The notes beneath the pieces are model-generated. The model was not told the DNA's origin and ran no database searches. It saw nothing but the letters and a program-made list of their open reading frames with translations. Source: Nitrospirales bacterium (lineage in GTDB: Bacteria > Nitrospirota > Nitrospiria > Nitrospirales > UBA8639). Taken from it: a DNA stretch of 64,000 bases. The position numbers and the translations under genes are program-made. Shown here piece after piece: positions 1 to 35,019 of the stretch (within the stretch, counting starts at the first letter, position 1; every line of letters starts with the position of its first letter). The stretch lies in assembly GCA_965203295.1 (NCBI GenBank), contig CBDBCZ010000015.1:512001-576000 (forward strand). The letters run 5' to 3'.

Positions 1-263
1 TATTTTGCTGCTGCAATGTGCATATACAACATGGGTACACAAAGAGGCAGAGCCTATGAATGCGTGCTCCCAGAGACAATACAATAAAGAAAAACAATAA
101 CTAAGGAATCAAGTTATGCATAACAGTAGGTAGCTAAAGAGTAAAGACTCCCAAAAGAAACAGGACAGCATATACACAACATGTAAGCAGGCAAATTATG
201 CCAAACAAAAGTAGAGTTAACAAAAAAAAAAATAACGAAAACAATTCAGATTCCAAAAAAGAA

Positions 264-800
264 CTAGAAGTCTCTAGCAGAGACATACCCCGCGGTGCAT
301 AATTCACAACTTGGACCTGCAGACTGGGCTGATGGAGTAGTTGGCAAAATGTACATGTATATCACTGGCTGTGTATCCGCACGCAAAGTGTACAGCGCTC
401 GTGTATGCGTATATATCTGTATATCGCATGGGAAGTGGTGGGTGTGACTGATTGCCAATATGAACACGTGACCAGAGTCCGTATATGCCCGGCCTCTATC
501 GTATTCTAGTTGTGACCGTATTAAAATGGTGGAATGCACCGTTGTTAAATAAGAAAGAGCTGTAGATACAGCGAATGGAACCGCTTTGGCGACTATCAGG
601 TACACACCCGGACATTTTTTTTTGATTTCAATGTTACTGTCGTGTTTAGCAATCGCTTAACCCTGTAAATCGCGAGATAGCCCGATTTTTGAATGGACAG
701 ACACAGGACGGACAGACGGACGGACGGACGGACGGACGGACGGACGGACAGACAGAACCAACTGCTTAACCCCGCCGCCGCCTACGCGCTGCGGGGTAAT
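264..800 (-). mobile_element. Non-autonomous Helentron-associated (DINE-1/HINE-like) element
   Basis: Terminal hairpin TTAACCCCGC..GCGGGGTAA (766-799) next to a (GGAC)n microsatellite; homologous to 26236-26815 and 4295-4610. Confidence 0.6.
695..755 (+). repeat. (GGAC)n/(AGAC)n microsatellite
   Basis: Direct reading. Confidence 0.95.
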
Positions 801-809
801 ACCTTGCAA

Positions 810-1135
810 GATTCCAAGGGCTGTATGGGAAATTTACGAGTGCAATGATTCAATTAGAGCACGAGGGCGAAATTCACGAGTGGATTTCTCATACAGCCTG
901 CTTGGAGCTGTGGTTTAACTTGTTTGTAGCATGGAATGGCTCGTTTGAGTGAGCAGTAAGAGCGCGCGGTATCGGAAAGCACGGTAAGTTACTCCACCTA
1001 TGTCTGTAGCTCATAGAGAGTCATACTGCCAGCCGTTGCGGCTAAGCGAGAGCTAGATCGGTGTACTGCTGTAGCTACTAGCTGGCTTTCATGTTGAATA
1101 GAGTTGCTAAGAGCCTTTTCGTCATGCTTTAATAC
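810..1135 (+). mobile_element. Short hairpin-bearing interspersed element (Crypton-like non-autonomous); second copy at ~35050-35430
   Basis: Shared CCAAGGGCTGTATGGGAA..TTCAATTAGAGCACGAGGG..TGGTTTAACTTGTTTG between the two copies. Confidence 0.55.
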
Positions 1136-1423
1136 CGTTTCCAGCTAGGTACCTTTCGGTGAGTGTCTACAAAGTTCTAGAGAGCCTAGCCGGACAAGCT
1201 AACTGAATTCTAGTACGTTCTTGAAGCTTGTCTTCGAAATCTCCAGCCAGGTGCCTTCCGGTGAATGTGTACAGAGCTCTAGAGAGCCTAGCCAGCTCTA
1301 GTCGGTCAAGCTTCCGGTGAAATATATGCCGTTTTCCGGTACAATGCACTAGATCTAGAAGCGAGTGCGGTATGGAATATATTGCACTGTCGGTGCCTTT
1401 GAACCGCCCACACACCACGCTAC

Positions 1424-2820
1424 AAATAATCGCTTAGTGACCAGATTAGAATCAGAAAGGGCTCTTCATGAGGGTCAGGCAGGATTTAGAGAGAAAAGGA
1501 GTTGTGTCGATAACATCTTTACTCTAAATGAAATTGTACAAAGTAAAATGAGGGAAGGAAAGCATGGTTTGGGAACTTGGGTTAGGGGTAGGATGTGGAG
1601 AGGTATTCAGAATATGTATGGCATTACTCAAAGTGCTGTTTCACTGGAGGGAGAAATATCTGAGCCATTCAATATAGGTCAGGGGTGGCACAGGGTTGTA
1701 GTATGTCGCCTATCCTCCTTTTTTTATTATTTTTATTATTATTTTTATTAATCAGTTGTTGGATGAGGTTGAGAAGACTGGGATTGGCATTACTGTTAAG
1801 AAAGATGTTAAGGTTGGGGGTCTTATGTTTGCTGATGATTTTGTAGGTTTGATTACTAATGCTGAGGACTTGCAAACCTTGATTAATGTAGTGCAGTAAT
1901 AAATGGAGGTTGAAATCTAACATAAAAAAGAGTGCTGTTATGGTATTTTCTAAAGAGGTTGGTACAGGTGCATGTACATGGAAGTGGGGAGATAAAGACA
2001 TTCCAGAGGTTGTAAGTTATTGTTACTTGGGCATTGAATTTGCTAAGAATGGTTCATGGGATAGTAATGTACAGAAGGTAATAATAAATAGTGGAAAGAG
2101 AAAACTGAATCAATTACATAGGTTGTTAAGTAATCGGAATATCAGTCCCGATACATGTTAAGATCGAGACGGTACTGTAGTCTTCACGCTCAGGCAGCAA
2201 AAATTGACTGTCCTGCTGAAGCCCCCGTCTGTCTGCTGAACCAGTTACCCTCGTATCTGCCAATGAAGTTAACTACAGAGCCTAACTAACTGTGTAGCAG
2301 TGTAAGTAGCCGTAGCTAATCGTCTCAATCAGTTGGATATTTTGCCGTGTATATCCGTTCTTTTGCTGAGTAGACCGACTTTCGGAAGACATCGGGGTAA
2401 AAATGATGATAGGCAGTGTAAGTTATGTGGGGATGAATGCGAGAGTGTAGTACATGTGCTCTGGGAGTGTCCTGCGTATGATAGTCTATTAGAAATACAT
2501 TCATGGAAGACTTAGACAGTCTCTTGGGTGGGAGCTTTGAAGAGTTTATTGCACTCAATAATTTTGAGAGGACGGGCTTTGTTTAGGGTGTGAGAATTGG
2601 GAAAGATATGATTTTAAGGCTTTATTAAGGCTAGTTAAGAGTTTTATTTTATTAATCTGGGATACTAGGAAGAATAAATTATATGGCGATCAGGATGGTA
2701 CTGGTGAGACATCTGGTTACTCTTGTTCTTGTCCTCTGACTGGAGATCTTTCAAGCTCTGCCTGCGTATGTGGGTGCGTGGTCAATGGCATAAGCGCTAT
2801 GACAGTGACATGAGTATATT
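1424..2820 (+). mobile_element. Degenerate 5'-truncated non-LTR retrotransposon (LINE) RT and C-terminal CCHC region
   Basis: HEGQAGFREKRSCVDNIFTL, QG..SP, GGLMFADDFVG, YCYLGI and CKLCGDECESVVHVLWECPAY across frameshifts; interrupted by unrelated DNA at ~2155-2360. Confidence 0.88.
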
Positions 2821-3299
2821 AATCAAATTACCAAGTAAATCGCACTGCAAGGGGGATGAGAATTTAAAGTACTCCCCCATCCCAGGGAAGATATACAACT
2901 GCACAAGGTCCCAGGTATGGGTGACTTGTGCTATAGCTTTTATAGTGCACACTGAATATTTTTAGCGCAGAGAAGATCAAAGCACTTAGAGGATTGTTAT
3001 CCTTGGGAGAAAATAACTACAGGACAAGTCTAGAGTGATTCTTAATTGTGACGACATAAGTACTGGCCTTGAACTAAAACTTTGGCATGCTAAAATTCGC
3101 AGTACTGTCGGTTCTGGGGATAGCAAAGACATTTACCCTGCCGAGTACTAGTGACATACTTCCACCTTGCCCAGATAATTTATAAACTGTGATGCTTGTA
3201 TGAAGTATGAAGCTTGGAGAAGCTGTAGGTATAGCTGGATTTTATAACTGTACAAAAAGGAAGGCCTGCTACTAGCATGATAATTGCAGCATTGGTGTA

Positions 3300-3540
3300 G
3301 CATGTGTGAAAATGACGTGGATGGTGCAAGATAGGCAGCATGATCAACCAATTTTGACAGCAATACCACAGTTCATTTTCGGGTACATGTGAAATGTACC
3401 AACGTGAATGCCAGTCTTGCCTCTCATGTCTTTGGCACTTTGGCTTCATACGTGCAGATTTCCAAAAAAAAATTAGTCAATCCAGGTTGTAATTTATTAT
3501 ATCCGTATCTCTGCTCACCCGTTACTCTACACTTGACAGT
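3300..3540 (-). mobile_element. Possible Crypton-type recombinase remnant
   Basis: Degenerate YEAKVP..AF..VPENELWYCCQ resembles the DUF3504 YxxKxP..FY..WY segment. Confidence 0.3.
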
Positions 3541-3710
3541 GTGGTCTACCCTTGAGATCAAGGAAGAATAGTTGCTATATACATGTATATAAATGCTACT
3601 GGTAGCACACATAAATCCTACACTGCTGCACTGCTGATTAGCCTACGTGTGATCTCTGAGTTCCATTATGGTATTATACATAATAACTGAGCACAATCCC
3701 ATGTACATAC

Positions 3711-27279
<23,569 letters not shown>

Positions 27280-27450
27280 TATCACCCGCAGCGATTTCAC
27301 CTATCACAGCACAATCGATCATTCTGAATCAGAACCGTTTCAGTTCTGAATCAGTTCTAATTCCGGTGTCAGATCTGGAACGGAGTGTCAGCCGAGCTTC
27401 TGATACATTACTGAGGGCGTACTGAACTGTATTACATGTGGTCCCTGCTA
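27280..27450 (-). promoter_or_regulatory. Putative ULK3 5'UTR/core promoter
   Basis: CpG-retaining segment directly upstream of the ATG; repeated TTCTGAATCAG and an ETS-like TTCCGG; inferred from position. Confidence 0.35.
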
Positions 27451-28989
27451 AATGAAAGCGCATCTGATTCAGACTGCTCATATCTGCTACGGTTGTGTAG
27501 CTGCGTTCTGGTACTAGTGAAAAGTTTCCTGAACTGTGTCACTCTTCAAAAGCCACAGGAATAATAAATTATCCATACTCTTCCATGATACAGATGGTAC
27601 AGGAGACAAAAACTACAGAACAAAAGAAAGGAGAATTACTGATTCATACAACAAATCATTAGTCCAGTCATGGAGAGCTAGAACTACAAATGTCTACATC
27701 ACTATTAAAACGACTGATATTATAGTTTCTACAAGTGTTTGTGCACATATATTATGTATGATAGACACTACTGTCTGAATGCGAGGAGGAGGTACCAGTA
27801 TACTTTATCAGTCAATGTAAGTAATGGACTCTCAAAGTCATCAGTTAGACCATTATTTCAAGCCGCCTAACTAAACAGTGCCATTGATTTATTTCGGCAA
27901 TGCACGCCAGCAGTAGTGTATACTGTTGCTGCAGGGTATACGAAAATACAGCATGTAATGTATGTCTGCATAGACAGTCAATGGACACACTCTCTTAAAG
28001 AGACTGCAGTTACCATACTAACTCATGAAAATACGGATAAGGGATTAACTTCAATGTAAGATGTTATAAAAGCCAGGTATAATTCGACTACTAAAGATAA
28101 ATCAGCATAGAGCCACAGAAGCAATGCCTGGCCTCTGAAGAGCCAAACATTCACTGTTATTACAATACTGGCTAGCGAAGTATCTTCTGGGAGGTCAACG
28201 GTTAGGGATGTAGCTACACGTAACTGTCCCAAAGCATCACCCACAGAACCTGAACATACCCCAGGAAGTCTATTAAATAAGAGGAATAGAAATATATGAC
28301 ATTGTAGTATTCAATAATTTTATCTTGAAATAGACAAGCACAGACGCAAGTTAGACAGACACAAAATAGATCTAACTAGCACATGGTAGGTCAGAGTTTA
28401 GAGTTCGAATTTCCTTCACCACAACATAATTTAAAAACTGTATCGTCTCAGCCTCAATAAAAATATGATCACAAACCTTTCAGAAGAGGAGATGGTTGAG
28501 TGACGGGTACCGATATAGACCTGACTCTTGGACGTTTTGGGGTAGGTGACTAAGCACTTTTCCTTTACTAGTGTAGAGACAGGGGAGGCGTGACAATCAA
28601 TCACTGAAGAAGTGGGAGAATTTGAAGGAGGGATCTAGGCCGTAGAATTGATATTTGGAGTAGCTGTAGAGGGTTCAGTATGACTCTTAGGTTGCGTGGA
28701 CGGAGGGGCTGTGGTAGATGACTGGAGTCTAGTGTAGGGAGACTTTAAATTCTGTGAAGGGATTATGGCCACCGCATGATCCAGCGTAGGGGCCTATGAA
28801 AGCAACTAGACAGCATTGTGGATGACTTTGAGCTGGTTCTTTAGTTGTACTTTTATGTCCAGTACTTCTTGCTTCAGTTGAAATACTTCTGCAGTCTGAG
28901 ATACTTCAAGAGCACACTTGCAGTTGCAAATGGGGGGGATATCCCCAGTCTGAGTGGAGCAATGTTTATCGGAAGGAGTACACTGGGAT

Positions 28990-29180
28990 GACACATCACC
29001 AACTGTGATAGAGAAATGCAGATGCAGTTGCAGCCTCTGTACTGTTAAAAGTGCTAGCAATATGTTCCCACTGCGTGCACTTGTTGCATTGGACCATAGG
29101 GCGACCATTTAGATCTTCTTCCACTGCTCCACACCTGCAGTTCACAATGTCTTGAATTTCTCGGGTGGCATTGTTGTATA
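28990..29180 (-). pseudogene. PHD-finger fragment of a degenerate, probably TE-borne gene (~28.5-30.5 kb)
   Basis: IVNCRCGAVEEDLNGRPMVQCNKCTQWEH. Confidence 0.6.
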
Positions 29181-30524
29181 GGCACAATAGCCCCAAAACA
29201 GCTATGTGATGTAGAGTAGGGAGGAACACTGAGTACAAAACTAACTTAAGAAAATGTTGTTTACAAGGAGATAATTTCTATGAGACAGAGATGATTTTCA
29301 AAGCAACATACAAGTACTGGTTTGATGTCCTGATTACAGAAGCAAGTTGAAAGAGGTGTATCTATGTTGTCGAGAATATAAGTGACAATTTAACTGCTAC
29401 AGAAGGATCTGTGCATTGTGTCGAGATATACAGTTCAGAAGTGAGGTTTTGGTTGTTTACTATGTATAAAGAGTTTACCTAGACGATCGACCCCTGACAC
29501 TTTATTTTTCGCTAAAATAGTGACCACGAACAGTTAAAATTTGTGGCCTTTCACTGGAAACACTGAAAAAAATAAGTTTATAATCATTCACTAAAATAAT
29601 TGTGACTGTTAATAGTTAATGGTTCAGTATAGCTATAGTGCCTATATAATTTTAAAAGATCTGGTACACACTGTTAGCCATAATCTGTGCATTTCAAAAG
29701 CAAATCACTAAAAGAGTCACTGTGAATTTTATTTCATGGTCGATCGGCCAAAGAAATATGGTCCTTCACTGAAAGAACTATCGAAGTTATTTGTTTCTTT
29801 TTCTTTCAGTGAAGGGCCGAGAGCAAGTTCAAGGTTTGTATAATTATGGTGAAGGACCATGAAGTATGAATCTCATCACAGTCACTATTGATATATTTAC
29901 AGTAATGTAAAGGGTGAAGCCTGAAGGTTAATACCCAGAAACCATGGTAGAGTCTGCTGGCAGTTGTTGACATTCCTACCTGAGTACCCCCTAAAAGGAA
30001 GGATGTGCCCCCAGTATTGGACTTGCTTCCTAAAATCAAATAGAGTCATTGAACCTTACAACTAGACTTGGGGACAAAAGATATGCACCTGTACCTCTGG
30101 TTAGGGTGGGGCAGGTGTTTTGAGCTGAGCATTTGAATGGGACGCTGCAGTCCCAGCGGATGTGGTGGACTATGTTAACACAATTGAGCACGTTGGGGTG
30201 GGACCAGCGTTTGCAGCCGAATGGACACGGGAATTGCTCTCCTATGATGAAAGAATTGTATAGGATTGGACAGATTAGAAGTAGGGGAGGGGTTGCACCA
30301 ATACATCAGATTGGGGTAGGGCTGGTGTATCAGTGCACGTGGCAACCCTTGGAAGTAACAGCATCAATGTGGTGGAGTTGCTCTCCTATTGTGAAAAATA
30401 AGCAAACAATATTGGACAGTTTAAAAAAAACTAAATCATTAGTACAGCAGAATCAATGCGACATAGGATGGGGTACCTGTTGCTGTGGTTGAGGTAGGGA
30501 TGATCTCTTACCACCATGCTAGGC

Positions 30525-30585
30525 TAGTCTTGTGACCAGCTGGAAGAAAAGTTCGGAACCTTTCTTCCGGCCGGTCACGAGACTA
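30525..30585. mobile_element. 61-bp TAG-ended hairpin MITE
   Basis: TAGTCTTGTGACC..GGTCACGAGACTA; imperfect 10-bp TSD CATGCTAGGC / CATGCATGGC. Confidence 0.65.
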
Positions 30586-31084
30586 CATGCATGGCACCCT
30601 ACACTATGCTTAGGGGGAGAATGGTCAGTGTCTGGGAATGAGGCTAACTATATTCACCCTGAAAAAAATGGCATGCCTGTTCCATGCCTGTTTCATATAA
30701 ATTTAGGCATGTCTTTTTATTAGTAGTTTTATCTGTCTTGGCATGGAAACAGTGCAGTGAGGAATCATGGAGGAATAGCAAGCATGCTATTGATAATTTC
30801 TTGGAGCTTGAGTGTTCCTTCGCGTAAACTGCCACTGCGTAGGAATCCTCAACGTTGCCGCTCTCCAGCTAGCTAGCTGTCTTCTACTGCAGCAGTAGTT
30901 CCCCCAACTATAGAGTCCATGTAGTCTTGTCTATGGTAGACTATAATCAAGTGCTCGACAGCTAATGCATGGATGATGTAATGAAATTTTTGTTCGCAAT
31001 TGCAAATTCCGCCATTACTTATTTACAGCCAGTGTTGGAAGTACTTCACCAATTCACTCCCGTTAAATTTTCTAGCTATACATT

Positions 31085-31300
31085 ATGCATGTGTGTTAGA
31101 CGCATTTTGTGTATATGCTCAATTGTACTGCACATTTCATGAATTCATGTCAATTTAGGGTCAGGGTTAGACTTAGGGTTAGGGTAAGGGCTAGGGTTAG
31201 ACCTACAAATAAGGTTAGTTTGTAGATTTATAGAATGTGCAGTGCAATTTATGAAATGCACAACGCAATTTTACAAATAGTTCTGATTCTTAGAACATAT
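31085..31300. mobile_element. MITE with internal TTAGGG-like tract
   Basis: TTTAGGGTCAGGGTTAGACTTAGGGTTAGGG between degenerate inverted arms. Confidence 0.45.
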
Positions 31301-32332
31301 TCATGTATTCAGCACTGTAGCCATGTTTACACGTATGACTCTTCCATTATTCTGTGTAGGAGAAGCTGGTGAATTTGACACTGCAGAGCAGCGAGAAAGA
31401 GATATCGTCAGGCAGAGGCTCAGCGCTAGAGGAGTGAGTTGATTTCATTAGTGGTTGAGGGGGGAAGGGAAGGGAAACACAACATCTGGCAACTTGAGTT
31501 TAGAAAGCTACGTACATGCTGAAAAGGGGCTATTGATAAGGTGGAGTGAGCTCCCATTTGCATGTTAGCACAAGACGACATGCATGGTACCCTAGACTAT
31601 ATACCTGGTCATACCACAGCCATCCTTTGGTCTCCAGGAAATGGGTACCATTCAAACAGTTGGAATCACGATTGCTATCAAAGTCATAAAGCATATACAT
31701 ACGTAATATGGGGGAGTGGGCCTCAAACAGCTCAGCAGTTACCATTGAATAGCCTCATCTATCTCACATTGAGTGTAACAAAGTCAGCAGAAAATCTTAT
31801 AGGTAAATGTGGTTGATACTTTTACTACAAGTCACATGATTTGTAACAGTATTGAGTATTGTGTGTCACATGATAAACGCCATGTTAGGACTACAAGTCA
31901 CGTGGTAAACAGCAGTATATAGCACTACTCGAGAGTAATGTGCAGATAGGCAGACGGCTTGGATTGCTATAGCTGAGGATGCATAGTACCTCAAGATAAA
32001 AACTATACCACAAACAACACCCTTTGGCATTGTTACTAATGCTATGCACTTGCAATAAGCACTCTGATCTTACCACGCACATGTAACTAAACCTATAATG
32101 TATAGGAAGCAGTTAAGCAATATTTTGACAATCAATACTCACTCATCTGCAACTTATACTGCCAGGCAGACTTCCACATTGGAACCGTGTTGTATTTGAA
32201 GTCATATAGCAGTAGAGTCTTGCCATTTCATTGATGGCCAAAGCCTACATTGATAGAAAGGCATTCCAGTAGTTAGTATTAGTGGGAGCAACAACAGTTG
32301 ACTGAATAGTGGAATGTTTTGAAGGTACTAAC

Positions 32333-32422
32333 CTCAATGCCATAGTGGAAGAGACTAGCATACTTTAACCACCTCAACCACACTGAAAGTGAATCAAGTG
32401 CAATCAGGAATTCACCAAATAA
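32333..32422 (-). CDS. ABCG-like exon LFGEFLIALDSLSVWLRWLKYASLFHYGIE
   Basis: 90 bp, TAG acceptor and GTTAGT donor; WLxWLxYxS motif, joins in frame to ALAINE. Confidence 0.8.
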
Positions 32423-33160
32423 CTATATACCAAGAAAAAAGAAGAAATATTGTACACTACATAATACAAGTCACAATAGATAGTCTTGGGGACATAATAC
32501 AGTGATAGTTGGAGTGGAGTCAGGGTCTTCCCCAAAGGGGAGGTAGATCAACGGTTCATGCCTAGATCTAGACTTACAACATCGATGTCTGACAGGATGC
32601 AAAGCATGCTGAGCAGAAGTACATGTACAATTCACCATTCCTTCAGGGATTTCTAGAAACTCATATCGCTGCCACTACTAAACTCCATTCCTTCATTTGA
32701 CAATAGGGCATTCCCAGGAAGATCCTCCTCATAGTTTGTTTACACAAAACTAGCTAACTAGAGGATACAGGCTAGTTGCAACTCGACTAGTTGATCACGG
32801 TATCATGGCACTACTGTTGCTATGTGCACTGCACATACAGCATGCAATAACCGATTAGTACCATAACGTGCTTCCATCTACAGTTTTGTGTTCTGTTTTT
32901 CATGGAATAATTAGGAAAGTATTTACAATAATTGCATACATGTATAGAGAAGAACGCTTAATTAATTAAATAAGGGTTTGATATATAGCATTGTTGGTTC
33001 ACTTCTGTTTGATACTGAATCAATATTTGGACTACCCAGCTCCAACTTTAATACTGTGCAACAGCAAGACACAATTACATGTATACACTGATTAGGTCGT
33101 GCTCTCCAGGTTTAACTCCAAGCTGAATGAACACTAACAAATAGGACAAACATTACTTAC

Positions 33161-33315
33161 CATAGATAAAACAACGACAAGGGCTATTAGAAGGTTTGCT
33201 GCAGCAGTGACCGTCAGTCTAGCACTGATTGAAAATGCAATGGAGAATGCTGAGATGAAAGTAAGACACAGTGACAACATGAAAATGAAGAATTTTGAGA
33301 CATCCAGTTGGAAAC
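33161..33315 (-). CDS. ABCG-like exon GFQLDVSKFFIFMLSL..AANLLIALVVVLSM
   Basis: 155 bp, CAG acceptor and GTAAGT donor; hydrophobic ABC-2 TM helices. Confidence 0.8.
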
Positions 33316-33489
33316 CTGTACGATGAAAATGTAGCACATTCAGTATATACATGATGTATACAACACCTTGTGGTTATGGAACAATGAACAATGTACAATA
33401 TAGGAGCATGCACTGAATGAGTGCGGACAGTTGTCGCCATCAAAGGCTCTTTAACCCACCATCCTTGACTCTCAAGGTCAGGCATTCAG

Positions 33490-34095
33490 TGCTTTTTATT
33501 TTTGATATTGATTAATTATGTTTTATAACAGGTTTTCAATTTTCTGCCTTTCTTAAGAACATTTCTTCATGTGGGTTGTGGCTGGGGGCCTGGCCTTACA
33601 ATTTTTAATGCTTTATAAGCTTTTTAACCTTTCTAACTTTTTCTAGGAGGCTCCTGCTGGTCTCGGTAAGACCTTACAGTTAAGCCGAGACCATGGGATT
33701 TCTCCGAAAGGTTTTTTAACAGAGGGAAGACCTATTTGGTCCCCTTTTTTAAGAAACTTTTTAACTATTTTCAAATTTTTAACTTTCTGCGGTCACGGGC
33801 TGGGTGGTCTCTGGTTCTTTCCGGGTCCCGGTTTTTTTTGGTTACGATCAGAGCTCTTTCTACTCTTTCTATTCTTCTCATTATTTCTCTATTTCATGAT
33901 TTTTATTTTTCTACTTTCTAATTTGCCTATTTCGATTTTATTGTTCTTGATTTAATTAAATAGGTCATATGCTTAACTAGATTGTAATGTAAGGGGTTGT
34001 AGTAGTGTAGATATAGTTCCGTAGGTTAGGATAGGTATAAGGACAGTTTTAGTTTTTTAGGCCTCAAGCTAGTGAGTGTATAATGATTAGGATAC
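33490..34095 (+). mobile_element. T-rich insertion in ABCG intron, possibly DIRS-like tyrosine-recombinase 3' end
   Basis: Compositional outlier; frameshifted NYFQIFNF / LSAVTGW..VFF / IRAL. Confidence 0.3.
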
Positions 34096-34894
34096 CTTCA
34101 GTTTTCATGTACATATTACATCTGTACATGCCTATGTAGAAACTGCTGAATCAGCAGCTTTACTCTTACAAGGTTGAGTACTGTACTTCACCTGCACCAC
34201 CTAACTGATTTTTGGAGTGATTAAATGCCACAGATATTTCAGCATGGCTTCTTTTGCAAGTGACTACTGTTCAAGAATGGCAACTATTTTGAGGGCCATA
34301 TTTATTGTTAGAGTACTGGGTAGTTTGCTTGCAATAGAGCTTTCTTGGCAAGCCCACAGGTTCTGAGTATAATAGCCTTCTACTGAGAGGTGTTCAGAGA
34401 TGAGCCCCAAAGTAACTGAGCAATCCTATATAGCTGGAATTTACACTCTGGTACAGCTTGGGCAGGACTTGATGTTGCCACTGTTCTGCCCTCCACTTCC
34501 TTCATTCGCGTTTGTCCACTATGTGAGCAAAATGTTTTCGTTAAAAGTGGTCAATGCCAAAACATTGAGATTATTTACCATTGATGACTGTCTTGGGGTT
34601 GATCCTCCCTGATCATTAAAGGGATTCACTTTCAAGGAGTTTTTACTCTTTCTCTGAGATCAATGACTTTGGCCAACTGGAAGTAGAATATGTCTTTGGG
34701 GAGACAGCTGTCAAAGCAGTGACCAACTCCGATGAAATGGTTATTGACTCACCATATTTCAGGAGTTTGTATAAACTTTTGAAGGCATTTGGAATGTATC
34801 AGCTACATGTATGTGAGCTACGCATACTTGTCCCTGTCTCTGTAGCAGGGTATGAATTAATCAAGATCTGAACTATCTTTTCTTTTGCACTCAC

Positions 34895-35019
34895 CAACCA
34901 TAAGGTAAACTACCACTGAGAATGCACACAGGGGTATGATTCGCATCAGAATCCAGTCCGAAAAGACTTTGGCCAAAAAGAATGCAGAGACCCGGTAGAA
35001 TCCATTGGCGTTCTCATGC
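34895..35019 (-). CDS. ABCG-like exon HENANGFYRVSAFFLAKVFSDWILMRIIPLCAFSVVVYLMV
   Basis: 125 bp, TAG acceptor and GTGAGT donor; ABCG E-x-x-x-G-x-Y coupling-helix motif. Confidence 0.8.

Noticed and set aside
27280..27300. GTG-initiated N-terminal extension of ULK3 in the ORF track
   Set aside because: Non-ATG start; the ATG at 27279 gives a plausible N-terminus
27536..28260. Possible divergent gene upstream of ULK3
   Set aside because: Stops interrupt the frames examined and no motif was recognisable; probably a decayed TE gene
31155..31200. Telomere remnant
   Set aside because: Only a few degenerate TTAGGG units inside a MITE-like inverted structure
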